Assembly: GCA_965247115.1 (NCBI GenBank)
Contig: CBDFGR010000003.1
Coordinates: 192,001-256,000 of the forward strand
DNA: 64,000 bases
Reading direction: 5' to 3'
Origin: Myxococcota bacterium
GTDB lineage: Bacteria; Myxococcota_A; UBA9160; SZUA-336
The notes beneath the pieces were generated by a model. It saw nothing but the letters and a program-made list of their open reading frames with translations. It was not told the DNA's origin and did not search any database. Made by a program: the position numbers and the translations under genes. Of the stretch, positions 30,541-40,125 are shown piece after piece (positions within the stretch are counted from its first letter, which is position 1; every line of letters begins with the position of its first letter).

Positions 30541-31506
30541 ATGATCCTCAGTGCCGGTGTCGGAAACCGGATGCGCCCACTCACCGACCACTGGGCCAAG
30601 CCAGCTCTTCCGATACTGGACGAGCCGCTGATCCTGGGGCTGATCCGGACGCTGGCGAAGCAGGGCGTCGACGCCGCCATCGTCAACACGCACGCGCACA
30701 CCGATTCGCTCCTGGCTGCGCTGACCACCGCACCGATCCCCGTCGAGGTCTCGAGAGAGCCACGGCTCCTCGGGAGTGGAGGCGGAATTCGACACGTCCG
30801 CCGCTTCCTCGAGGAGTCGGAGCCGTTCGCGGTTCTGAATGGTGACATGCGCCTCGACCTTGACCTGTACGCCTTGCTGGAAGCCCACCGTGACGGGGGC
30901 GCGACCACTACGCTTGTGCTGCGCGACGACGAGCGAAAGCGAAGCTTCGGCTCGATCGGGTACGATGGCGACCGTGCCGTACGGCGGATCACGGACCGGT
31001 TGGATCTCGGGGGTGAGCTCGACTCTGGGCTGTTCGCGGGCGTGCACGTGATGAGCCCCGACGTCTTCGAGTGGATGCCCGAGCGGGAAGAGTTCCAGAT
31101 CCTGACCGACGTGTACATCCCCGCACTCGAACGCGGCGAGCGCATCCATTGCTGGCTCCAGCCGCAAGACTGCGAATGGTCGCCGGTCGGAGATCCCGCA
31201 GAGCTCCTTGCCGCGAACCTCGGGACTCTCGGCACGATCGCGCGAGACTCGGAGGAGAAGGGAATGTTCGTCGCCGCCAGCGCACGCGTCGAGGGCCGCC
31301 TCGAGGCGCCCGTCTGGGTTGGCGAGCAAGCCGAGATTGCCAGAGGCGCCCACGTGGGACCCTGGGCCGTGATCAGCGCGGGAGCGCTCGTGTCGGCCGG
31401 AACGCGGGCTGAGCGAGCCCTGATCTTACCGGGAGCTCGGCCCCCCGCAGGCGCGCAGCTGTCGAGTGCGATTGCCTTTGCAGAGAAGATCTGGCGCGAT
31501 GCTTGA
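30541..31506 (+). CDS. NDP-sugar synthase, MurU-like
   Basis: MILSAGVGNRMRPLT...KP, LLGSGGG, NGD; hexapeptide-like C-terminus. Confidence 0.8.
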   Translation: MILSAGVGNRMRPLTDHWAKPALPILDEPLILGLIRTLAKQGVDAAIVNTHAHTDSLLAALTTAPIPVEVSREPRLLGSGGGIRHVRRFLEESEPFAVLNGDMRLDLDLYALLEAHRDGGATTTLVLRDDERKRSFGSIGYDGDRAVRRITDRLDLGGELDSGLFAGVHVMSPDVFEWMPEREEFQILTDVYIPALERGERIHCWLQPQDCEWSPVGDPAELLAANLGTLGTIARDSEEKGMFVAASARVEGRLEAPVWVGEQAEIARGAHVGPWAVISAGALVSAGTRAERALILPGARPPAGAQLSSAIAFAEKIWRDA

Positions 31507-32233
31507 GATCACCTTTATCGGCACCGGGGACGCGTTCGGAAGCGGCGGGCGAAGGAACACCTCGATTCTGCTTCGGGGGCCACAGGGCTCGATCCTGCTC
31601 GACTGCGGCCCGACGACGCCGAACGGTCTCCGAGAGCTCGGCGTCGACCCGCGTGAGATCGACGCGATCGCCATCAGTCACTTCCACGGCGATCACGTGG
31701 CCGGCGTCCCTTTCATGCTGCTCGACTTCCAGTTCGAGCTCAAGCGCTCGAAGCCGCTCCAGATCTTCGGACCCGCGTCGATTCGGGAGCGTATCCAGAA
31801 GATGGCGGGCATCTTCGCCTACGACTTCCCCGAAGCGCCCAGCTACCCGCTCAGCTTCTCCGAGTACGAGGTCGGGACGCCGATGAGCGCTGCGGGCTTC
31901 GAGGTCACGCCGATGCCCGCCGTTCACCACCCACATACGCGACCGCACATGCTGCGCATCCAGAACGGCACGCGAGCCCTCGTTTTCTCAGGCGATACGG
32001 GCTGGCACGAGGAGCTTCCGGAGAAGGTCGGAGACGTCAACCTCTTCATCTCGGAGTGCGTATTCTACGAGGAGAGGTTCCCGTTCCACCTCAGCCACGA
32101 GCGCTTGGCGCAGCATCGCGACCGCTTCCGCTGCGACTCGACCATCCTCACGCACATCGGCAGCGAGGTACTCGCCGAGCTCGACCGGGTCCAGTTCGAC
32201 ACCTCCGAAGACGGCTCCCGCATCTCTCTCTAG
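31499..32233 (+). CDS. MBL-fold metallohydrolase (RNase Z-like)
   Basis: GTGDAFGSGGR, SHFHGDH, FSGDT. Confidence 0.85.
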   Translation: MLEITFIGTGDAFGSGGRRNTSILLRGPQGSILLDCGPTTPNGLRELGVDPREIDAIAISHFHGDHVAGVPFMLLDFQFELKRSKPLQIFGPASIRERIQKMAGIFAYDFPEAPSYPLSFSEYEVGTPMSAAGFEVTPMPAVHHPHTRPHMLRIQNGTRALVFSGDTGWHEELPEKVGDVNLFISECVFYEERFPFHLSHERLAQHRDRFRCDSTILTHIGSEVLAELDRVQFDTSEDGSRISL

Positions 32234-32737
32234 TGGGACCCCCCGTCTTGTGGGACCCGGCCCGTCTTGCGGGACCCGGCCCGCGGGCGTCCGCGGGCCA
32301 CCCACCTCCGCTCAGGGCTTCGCCCTTCGCTGCGCGCGCCGCTTCTGCGGCGCTTGCATGGGTGCCAAGCCCCGTAGGAATCCGAACTTGGGGAATCCGA
32401 ACTTGGGGACGGTCCTTAATCCGAACTTGTTTGGCCGAAGTCGGAACTTCTGGTCACTGAGGTGGGACTCTTGGGGCAACATCTGGTCATCTAGGCGTCG
32501 CTGCGGTCGTCTCACACGGATTAAGTTCGGATTGAGGACCGTCCCCAAGTTCAGGTTTCTCGGCGAGATCTCTCCCTCTGGGCACGACGACTGGTTGATG
32601 TACCGGCAACCTGCAAGCGCCGCGAATGCGGCGCGCGCAGCGAAGGGCGAAGCCCTGAGCGGAGGCGGGTGGCCGTCAGCGGCCCGCGGGTCGCTGACCC
32701 GCGGGAGGACCGCTCGCGCGCCGGGTCCCGCAAGGCT
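32233..32737. repeat. Nested inverted-repeat (REP/MITE-like) element
   Basis: Outer ~63-bp arms 32296-32358 / 32612-32674; inner 30-bp arms 32399-32428 / 32523-32552 (1 mismatch); outer arms belong to the same family as 44141-44417. Confidence 0.85.
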
Positions 32738-32738
32738 G

Positions 32739-33881
32739 TCAGAACGAGGGGGGGGTGGCGGTTCCGAGTACGACGGCTCGCGCGGCGCCCGTAGCGCTTG
32801 GGAGGTTCGAAGCGACTCCATTTCTCGCGCACCAGCCGAGGGCGGCGAAGGCCATGGCCTCGAGGGCATCGCCGGGAATGCCATGGGAGTCTGTGGTATC
32901 CACACTCGCGGGTACGAGCTCGCGTCGGAGCCCCTCCATGAGCACGGGATTGTGGGCGCCGCCCCCATACACGAACCAGCGTTCAGGCGGGACGGGGAAG
33001 AAGCGGCGGGCCGCGTCGACAACACTCTCGACAGTGAGCGCAGCACACGTCGCCGCCACGTCATCGGGTCCCGCACCCCGCGCGAGCATGGCATCACGGC
33101 TGCGCTCGAAGCGCTCGGCCGAGAAGTACTCGTGACCCGTGCTCTTTGGCGGGGGCGCGGAGAAGTATGGGTCGGCGAGCAGCTCCTGCAGCAGCGTGCG
33201 CTCGATCGTCCCGCGTGCACAGCGCTTGCCGTCGCGATCGAAGCGCTCGACTCCACCCGACGACCAGCGTACCGCGCGATCGATCCAGGCATTGCCCGGA
33301 CCGGGGTCGAACGCGATCACCGGCTCGCACACATCGGCCGGGAGGAAGCTCACGTTCGTGAAGCCGCCAATATTCAGCACTGCCCGTGCCTGTCCCGACT
33401 TGGCAAAGCGTGCGCGGTGGAAGAACGGCGTCAACGGCGCGCCCTGGCCGCCGACCGCCAGGTCCGAGCGGCGGAAGTCCGCGACGACGGGAATGCCCGT
33501 CCGCGCGTGGATGACAGCCGGCGAGCCGAGCTGGAGGGTCCCGCCTACCTCAGGATAGTGGGCAACGGTCTGCCCGTGGGAGCCGACTCCCTCGACATCA
33601 GAAGGGGATACGCCCGCCGTCTGAGTGAGGTCGAGGACCGCAGCCGCGAAACACTCGCCCAGCTCGTTGTCGAGCTGGATCAGCTCCCGCAAGCAGACGT
33701 CCTGCTGCGCCACTGCGTGAATGCGCTCGCGGAGTCCGTCGGTCAGCGGAAAGTCCTGGAACGCGACTAGCTCGAGTCCAGCAAGCCCGTCCGGCAGCCC
33801 GGCAAGCCCGTCCGGAATCCGCACGAGCGCCGCATCCACTGCATCTGCCGAGGTTCCGGAGATGAGCCCGATCCAGAGCAC
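32739..33881 (-). CDS. anmK: Anhydro-N-acetylmuramic acid kinase
   Basis: IGLISGTSAD, GSHGQT, DFRRSD, GGQGAPL, PPKSTG. Confidence 0.95.
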   Translation of the reverse strand: MLWIGLISGTSADAVDAALVRIPDGLAGLPDGLAGLELVAFQDFPLTDGLRERIHAVAQQDVCLRELIQLDNELGECFAAAVLDLTQTAGVSPSDVEGVGSHGQTVAHYPEVGGTLQLGSPAVIHARTGIPVVADFRRSDLAVGGQGAPLTPFFHRARFAKSGQARAVLNIGGFTNVSFLPADVCEPVIAFDPGPGNAWIDRAVRWSSGGVERFDRDGKRCARGTIERTLLQELLADPYFSAPPPKSTGHEYFSAERFERSRDAMLARGAGPDDVAATCAALTVESVVDAARRFFPVPPERWFVYGGGAHNPVLMEGLRRELVPASVDTTDSHGIPGDALEAMAFAALGWCARNGVASNLPSATGAARAVVLGTATPPSF

Positions 33882-33941
33882 AATGGAAGGCTAGCTCATC
33901 GCTCGCTGGTAGGGAGGCTCGCAGGTGCGTGCCCGACGGCT

Positions 33942-34295
33942 CTAGCGCTCGGAAGAGCAGAACTCGCGCAGCGCTTCGCGGGACTCCTCGCTGAGACCGA
34001 GCAGGCGAACGCCCATCCCGGCGCAGGGCCGGTCCTTGCCCGCGCAACGGCGCTGCCAGCGCACCTCTGCGTCGCAATCCAGGGGCTCTGGCTGACCTCG
34101 TACGTGGACGCGCAGCCGCAGCGGCGCACCAGCGGAGCGTATGTTCATGGATTGGATGAAGAGTCCGGTCTCGGAGACGCTGTCCGCATAGCCGAGAAAG
34201 CGCGGCCGCGTGAGCAGCCCAGACGGCGGCGCAAGCTCGACCCGAAGTGGACGGCGCAAGGTGCGTCGGGGCGCAGAAGACTGTTGCAGTTCCAT
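33942..34295 (-). CDS. Single-domain PilZ protein
   Basis: RRTLR (RxxxR), SVSETGLFI, EVRW...GMGVRL; start uncertain. Confidence 0.75.
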   Translation of the reverse strand: MELQQSSAPRRTLRRPLRVELAPPSGLLTRPRFLGYADSVSETGLFIQSMNIRSAGAPLRLRVHVRGQPEPLDCDAEVRWQRRCAGKDRPCAGMGVRLLGLSEESREALREFCSSER

Positions 34296-34389
34296 CGCCA
34301 AGAGATCGGACGCAGTGGTTTTCGGCTTGAACCCTTCTGCCTGCTTTCGATTGACAATTGCTCGGAGGCCCTTGTAACGTCGCGCCGTC

Positions 34390-34692
34390 ATGCCCGATCG
34401 CGTCGATGAGCGCAGCAGGATTCTGGGAGGGCTCGTCTGTCTTGGAGCGGTCGCCGGGGGTGCGCTGTTCCTGTACGGCGTCGTCATCGAGAGCTACTGG
34501 GCTCTGGCCATCCCCGTTGCAGCTCTGCTCCTGTTCGTACTGGGGCTGGTGTTCTGGATCGGCTGGACCATCGCGACGGTTCAGGTGGAGGCTGAGGGCG
34601 AGCCTCTGGGCAGCGGCGGTGCAGGCGGGGCCACGCGACCCGACACACCAGCAGAGACTCCGGAGCCAGACCGAGCCGAGCACGACACGTAG
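34390..34692 (+). CDS. Small two-TM membrane protein
   Basis: Two hydrophobic segments; first gene of the glycosyltransferase run. Confidence 0.65.
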   Translation: MPDRVDERSRILGGLVCLGAVAGGALFLYGVVIESYWALAIPVAALLLFVLGLVFWIGWTIATVQVEAEGEPLGSGGAGGATRPDTPAETPEPDRAEHDT

Positions 34693-34698
34693 CCCAGG

Positions 34699-35946
34699 AT
34701 GCGGATCGCCCTCCTGACGTATCGGGGCAACATGTTCTGCGGTGGCCAGGGCATCTACACCGCGAACCTCGCCCGCGAGCTCCACGCGCTCGGTCACGAG
34801 GTGCACATGATCTCCGGGCCACCGCTGCCCGAGCTCGAGCCAGACATTCCGCTCCACGAGATCCCGAACGGCAACTACTTCGCGCGCGACGTGGAGGAGC
34901 TGATGGAGGGACCGGACCCCTTCCACGCGCTGCTGCCCTCGAACCTGTGGGAGCTCGGCCTGACACGCCTGGGGGTCTTTCCGGAAATGACCGCGTTCGG
35001 GTTTCGCCTGCTGCTGCGCTGGAGAGCGCTGCAACGCCGCTATCAGTTCGACGTCGTTCTCGACAACCAGTCGCTCTCCTGGGGCCTGCTGGGCCTGCAG
35101 GCGACGGGCGTGCCCGTCGCGGCCATGGTCCATCACCCGCTCCACATCGACCGCCTGTCTGACTTCGAGCTCGAGCCGACCTTCCGCCGCAAGTGGAAGA
35201 GGACTCTCTACTTCCCGCTCTTCATGCAAGAGCTCGTCGTGCCGCGTCTGGCTCGGATCCTGACTGTGTCCCATGCCTCCGCGAACGAGATCGAGCGCTA
35301 CTTCCACATCCCGCGCAAGGAGATCTCCGTCGTCTACAACGGAACAGACGCGGAGACCTTCCGTCCGGTCCCCACCGGCAAGGAGGCCGACCTGATCTTC
35401 GTCGGACGCACGGAGGATCGCAAGAAGGGGATCCCGTACCTGCTTGACGCACTCGCCCTCGTGCCCGACCACGTCACGCTCAAGATCGTCGACGGGCGAA
35501 TCCCCTCGGACGGACTCGTTCGGACCAAGATCGAGGAGCTGGGGCTCGAGAAGCGCATCACGATCGTCGACCGCATGCTCGAAGTCGACGAGCTCGTCCG
35601 CGAGTACGCGACGGCCCGGGTCGCCCTGGTGCCCTCGTTCTTCGAAGGCTTCGGCTTTCCCGCCTCGGAGGCGATGGCCTGCGGCCTGCCAGTCATCGCG
35701 ACGGACGGCGGGGCGCTTCCAGAAGTCGTTGGAACGAGCGGCGAGACCGGCCGCATGGTCCCGTTCCGAGACCCCCCTGCGCTCGCCGCTGCCATTCGCG
35801 AGCTGTGCGCAAAATCCGACGACGACCTCGCAGCAATGGGTCGCCGCGCCCGCCGGCGCGTGCAGAGCACGTTTCGCTGGCGCGAGACCGCGCGCCAGAC
35901 GGCTCTAGTCCTGGAGGAGGTCGTGCGTGCTCACGGTCGACCTTGA
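34699..35946 (+). CDS. Glycosyltransferase family 4
   Basis: GGQG, FVGR...KKG, EGFGFPASEAMACG. Confidence 0.92.
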   Translation: MRIALLTYRGNMFCGGQGIYTANLARELHALGHEVHMISGPPLPELEPDIPLHEIPNGNYFARDVEELMEGPDPFHALLPSNLWELGLTRLGVFPEMTAFGFRLLLRWRALQRRYQFDVVLDNQSLSWGLLGLQATGVPVAAMVHHPLHIDRLSDFELEPTFRRKWKRTLYFPLFMQELVVPRLARILTVSHASANEIERYFHIPRKEISVVYNGTDAETFRPVPTGKEADLIFVGRTEDRKKGIPYLLDALALVPDHVTLKIVDGRIPSDGLVRTKIEELGLEKRITIVDRMLEVDELVREYATARVALVPSFFEGFGFPASEAMACGLPVIATDGGALPEVVGTSGETGRMVPFRDPPALAAAIRELCAKSDDDLAAMGRRARRRVQSTFRWRETARQTALVLEEVVRAHGRP

Positions 35947-36637
35947 GCGGCTGGGAGTCCGAGAGGGAGACTGGCTGCTCGATGCCGGCTGCGGTGGCGG
36001 ACGCCACTGCTTCGGCGCGATCGACCGAGGAGCAAACGTCATCGGCGTGGACCTGGACGCGGAAGGACTCGGACTCGCACGCGCGGGGATCCACGAGCGG
36101 CGCGGGGTCACGCCGGAGCCGCATGGGGGAGTGCTGCGCGGCGACGTCTTCCACCTACCCTTCGACGACGCAGCGTTCGACCGTGTGATCTGCTCGGAGG
36201 TCATGGAGCACGTGCACGACTACCGCTCCGCCGTGGAGGAGCTCGTCCGTGTGCTCCGCCGCGGCGGGACGATCGGCATCACCATTCCGACGGCACCGAC
36301 CGAGCACGCCTATCTGTGGCTAACACGCTTCTACTTCGAGAGCCCAGGCGGACACATCCGGATCTTCCGGCCGCGCGATCTTGCGCTGGCGATGTCGCGC
36401 GCGGGCCTGCAGGTCGACGGCGTGAGCTTTGCGCACTCGCTCCACTCGCCCTACTGGGCCATCCGTGCGGTCCTTGGCCTGGATAACGAGTCGCTTGCGC
36501 CCACGCGCGCCTACCGCCGGTTCTTGCTGCACGCTGGCCAGTCCAGAACCTGGACCAGGATCGAGCGAGCGCTCGACTGGGTCTTCCCGAAGAGCTTGAT
36601 CCTGTACGGAACGAGGATCGCGACGGGAAGCAGCTGA
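35927..36637 (+). CDS. Class I SAM-dependent methyltransferase
   Basis: LLDAGCGGGRH, LPFDDAAFD, SEVMEH. Confidence 0.9.
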   Translation: MLTVDLERLGVREGDWLLDAGCGGGRHCFGAIDRGANVIGVDLDAEGLGLARAGIHERRGVTPEPHGGVLRGDVFHLPFDDAAFDRVICSEVMEHVHDYRSAVEELVRVLRRGGTIGITIPTAPTEHAYLWLTRFYFESPGGHIRIFRPRDLALAMSRAGLQVDGVSFAHSLHSPYWAIRAVLGLDNESLAPTRAYRRFLLHAGQSRTWTRIERALDWVFPKSLILYGTRIATGSS

Positions 36638-37890
36638 TGCGGGTCGCACTCGTCTGCTATCGCGGGAACATGGCGAGCGGTGGGCAGGGCATCTACCTGA
36701 CCTCACTGACGCGAGCTCTGGCAGAGCGCGGCGCCGAGATCGATGTCTTCGTTGGGCCCCCTTACCCCGACCCCCTGCCCTGGGCGCGCGTCTTCCGCCT
36801 GGAGAACCAGCGGTTCTGGGGGGCACGCTTTCGCAAGGAGCGCGACGCCTTTCTCCCCCGTCCCGACCCGTTCCGGATCTTCCACCCGCTGAACTTCTAC
36901 GAGTACGCGGTGACGCGCTTCGGGTATCTGCCGGAGCTCTTCGCGTTCAGTCTGCGCGCCGCCGCTGCACTCACGAGAGAGCTCAGATCGGGCCGACGCT
37001 ACGCGCTCGTACACGACGTGCAGTCGCTGGGCTATGGGCTGCTCTGGCTTCGGGCTCTCGGGCTCCCGGTCGTGAGCACGATTCACCACCCTCTCAGCGT
37101 CGATCGTACGATGAGCCTGAGACGCGACACGGGCTTCTCCGAGCGGAAGGGCACGCTGGCCTTCTATCCAGTGCGCACCCAGGCGCGCGTGGCACGACGG
37201 CTGGACGGGATCATCACCTCGAGCGCTGCCTCCTCCGAGCAGATCGCCCTCGGGTTCGGCGTGTCTCCCGCACGCATTCACAACGTGTTGAACGGTGTGG
37301 ACCTGCCGCGGCCGCGTCGCCCCCGAGGCCGCGCGGCGAGACCTGAGCTGCTCTTTGTCGGGCGAGCGAGCGATCCGAACAAGGGCCTCGAGTATCTGCT
37401 GTCCGCGCTGGCGCTCCTGCCCCGCGACGTGACGCTGCGGGTCCTCGACGGCTACCCAGCCGAGACGCCGATGGAGGCTCAGATCCGCGCGCTTCGTCTT
37501 GGCGACCGGGTGCGGTTCGAAGGGAAGCTTCCGCGGGCGAGTCTCGAGGAGGCCTTCCGCCGCGCCAGCATCGTCGTGCTGCCCTCGCTCTTCGAGGGCT
37601 TCGGCCTCCCAGCGCTGGAAGCCCTGGCGACCGGAACACCGGTCGTAGCCACGCGCGCCGGCGCCCTTCCCGAGGTCCTGGGCAGCGCAGGCGCCGGAAG
37701 ACTCGTGCCCGCGAGGGATGCCGCCGCCCTGGCAAAGGGAATCGGAGAGACGCTCGAGAGCTGGGACGACGCCCACCGGGACGCGCTCGCCGCGCGCGCG
37801 CGAATCGAGCGTGAGTTCGGCTGGGGCGAGGTCGCCCGGCGCGTGGAAGGGGTCTACGAGTCCATCCTCCGTAGGCGACCAACCCGATGA
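36637..37890 (+). CDS. Glycosyltransferase family 4 (paralogue of 34699)
   Basis: YRGNMASGGQGIY, EGFGLPALEALATG. Confidence 0.92.
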   Translation: MRVALVCYRGNMASGGQGIYLTSLTRALAERGAEIDVFVGPPYPDPLPWARVFRLENQRFWGARFRKERDAFLPRPDPFRIFHPLNFYEYAVTRFGYLPELFAFSLRAAAALTRELRSGRRYALVHDVQSLGYGLLWLRALGLPVVSTIHHPLSVDRTMSLRRDTGFSERKGTLAFYPVRTQARVARRLDGIITSSAASSEQIALGFGVSPARIHNVLNGVDLPRPRRPRGRAARPELLFVGRASDPNKGLEYLLSALALLPRDVTLRVLDGYPAETPMEAQIRALRLGDRVRFEGKLPRASLEEAFRRASIVVLPSLFEGFGLPALEALATGTPVVATRAGALPEVLGSAGAGRLVPARDAAALAKGIGETLESWDDAHRDALAARARIEREFGWGEVARRVEGVYESILRRRPTR

Positions 37891-38756
37891 GGGTGATCGA
37901 TCTCGATCGGGATATGTCCGACGTGATCCCCAGTGCGGGCTCTCCCGACTCCGAATACCTGTTTCGACGCATGGAGCAGGCGACCCTGGAGGCGCTCGGT
38001 CCTCACGTGGGCGCCCGGATCCTCGATGCGGCGGGAGGGCTCGGCCAGGACAGTCGCACCCTGGTACGCCGCGGCGCCTGGGCCGTCTGCGCGGAGCCAT
38101 CGCGCCGCATGTCGGCGCTCGGACGCGAGATCGAGCGAGACGCCGAAGGTGTGCTGGGCCACGACACGACTCCCATCGCCTGGGCGCGTACGTGGGGCGA
38201 GAAGCTTCCCTTTCGCAGCGGTATCTTCGACGCCACCTTCTGCAAGGGTGCCCTCGACCACTTCGACGATCCCGAGCGCTGCATCGGCGAGCTTGCCCGC
38301 GTAACGCGCCCGCACGGACGGATCGTGCTCGCCGTCGCGAACTTCGACTCCCTCGCATGCAGGTTGCAGCGCGCGCTGGACAGGCTGCGCCCGGCCGCCG
38401 CCCGCGCAGGTCGCCGTTCCTACCACGTGCCCTCCGATCACTTCACTCGCTACGACACGACACTTCTGCGTGAACAGGCCGCGCGCCATCTCGTCATCGA
38501 GGAGTGGAAGGGCATCTCGCTCCTCTGGGGATTGCGGCCATGGTCGGCGCTGATGGGGGCCCTGGGAACGAGGGCGGCGCGGCTCGTGCTCCACTGGGCC
38601 GATCGAGTCGCGGCGAGGTTCCCCGCTCACTCCGACGTGATCCTCGTCGCGGGCCGGCCGATCCCTATGAGGACTGGCTCGGATTCAGCCCGTGTCTCGT
38701 CAGCTTGCGATACAGCGTGCTCCGGCCGATCCCCAAGAGCCTCGCCGCGGCCTTGA
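37887..38756 (+). CDS. Class I SAM-dependent methyltransferase
   Basis: ILDAAGGLG, EKLPF...FD, ARVTRPHG; 3' end overlaps the convergent gene. Confidence 0.8.
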   Translation: MRVIDLDRDMSDVIPSAGSPDSEYLFRRMEQATLEALGPHVGARILDAAGGLGQDSRTLVRRGAWAVCAEPSRRMSALGREIERDAEGVLGHDTTPIAWARTWGEKLPFRSGIFDATFCKGALDHFDDPERCIGELARVTRPHGRIVLAVANFDSLACRLQRALDRLRPAAARAGRRSYHVPSDHFTRYDTTLLREQAARHLVIEEWKGISLLWGLRPWSALMGALGTRAARLVLHWADRVAARFPAHSDVILVAGRPIPMRTGSDSARVSSACDTACSGRSPRASPRP

Positions 38757-40041
38757 CGTCTCCATCGACCCGGCTGAGCGCCTCCACCAGACAGGCTCGT
38801 TCGTAGCTCGGCAACGATAGGGGTATCCCTTCGGGAATGACCGCCAGCGGAGCGGAAGAATCCCCCAGCCGCAGATCCGCCTCCGTGAGGCGCGGGCCTC
38901 GCGCCAGGGCTACGGCTGCCTCGATCGCGTTCTCGAGCTCTCGGACGTTGCCATCCCAGCGACAGGCGAGGAGCTTCTCCAGCGCGCCCTGGTCGATGCC
39001 CTCGATCCCGCTGCGCTCGCCCGTACGAGCCAGGAAGTGCTGCGCGAGCAACGCGATGTCCTCCGGTCTCTCGCGCAGGGGCGGAAGCTGAATCGACACG
39101 ACGCGGAGTCGGTAGAAGAGGTCGGAGCGAAAGCGGCCTGTTCGCATGTCGCTCGCCAGGTCGCGATTGGTTGCGGCGACGATCCGGACGTCGATCGGCA
39201 CCACCTCAGTCGCGCCGAGCGGGCGGACCTCGCGCGCCTGAATGGCGCGCAGCAGCTTTGACTGCAGCAAGAGGGCCAGCTCACCGATCTCGTCGAGAAA
39301 CAGGGTTCCGCCGTTCGCGCTGCGGAACAGGCCGAGCGCAGACCGAGCCGCTCCCGTGAAGGCGCCCGCCTCGTAGCCGAATAGCTCGCTTTCAACGAGC
39401 CCCTCGGGCAGCGCTCCACAGTCGACCGGAATGAAGGGTCCGTTCGCGCGGCGCGAAGTCATGTGGATCGCCCGAGCCACGAGCTCTTTGCCCGTACCAC
39501 TCTCCGCCTGAATGAGTACGTTGCTCTCGTTCTGCGACAGGTCACGGATCATGCCCAGCACGGAATCCATCTTCGGGGAGCACGCCACTATGCCCGCAAG
39601 CACGTCTGGCTCCTCGGCCGGGCCAGGTCCGAGGCGACGGCGGCGCCGCTCCAGCGCCCGCCGCAACGCCCTCACGATCTGGCCGGAGTCCTCGGGCTGC
39701 TTCCCCACATAGTCCGACACGCCCGCGTGCCTACACTCGGGCGTGTCGACCGAAGCGTGGCCCGTCAGCACGACGATCTCGGACTTTGGCGAACGGCTTC
39801 GAATCTCGCCGATCAGCTCTGGCCCGGACGAGCGCTCCAGCCCGAGATCGATGAGGACCACTTCGGGCTCGTGCCTGAGCTGCTCGCGGAGAGTCCGGAG
39901 GTCCGAGGCCTCCAGCCCCTCGAGCCCCTCTCCCTCGACCTGCTTCCGCAAGCTGCAAAGGACGTGCGGCTCCTGGTCCACCAGAAGCGCCCGCGCCCGG
40001 CGAGGCCTCGCAGGATCTCGAGCGTGCGACTCGTCGTCCAT
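38665..40041 (-). CDS. Sigma54-dependent activator with atypical receiver
   Basis: AESGTGKE, GAFTGA, HTH GIGRSTLYRKL; receiver begins LLVDQE rather than DDE. Confidence 0.88.
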   Translation of the reverse strand: MDDESHARDPARPRRARALLVDQEPHVLCSLRKQVEGEGLEGLEASDLRTLREQLRHEPEVVLIDLGLERSSGPELIGEIRSRSPKSEIVVLTGHASVDTPECRHAGVSDYVGKQPEDSGQIVRALRRALERRRRRLGPGPAEEPDVLAGIVACSPKMDSVLGMIRDLSQNESNVLIQAESGTGKELVARAIHMTSRRANGPFIPVDCGALPEGLVESELFGYEAGAFTGAARSALGLFRSANGGTLFLDEIGELALLLQSKLLRAIQAREVRPLGATEVVPIDVRIVAATNRDLASDMRTGRFRSDLFYRLRVVSIQLPPLRERPEDIALLAQHFLARTGERSGIEGIDQGALEKLLACRWDGNVRELENAIEAAVALARGPRLTEADLRLGDSSAPLAVIPEGIPLSLPSYERACLVEALSRVDGDVKAAARLLGIGRSTLYRKLTRHGLNPSQSS

Positions 40042-40125
40042 CGCCCGGGTGATCGGAGGACGCGGGGCGCCGCTTGAGGGTCCCTCACCACTAGCCTACA
40101 TTCGAAACCGCTGCTGGGGGGAGGA

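Noticed and set aside
32250..33770. 506-aa ORF across the nested repeat, as a possible transposase
   Set aside because: No HUH or DDE motifs; it is repeat sequence followed by the antisense of anmK.
34318..34352. Sigma28 promoter upstream of the PilZ gene
   Set aside because: A -10-like GCCGAAAA is present on the minus strand but no -35 element at acceptable spacing.
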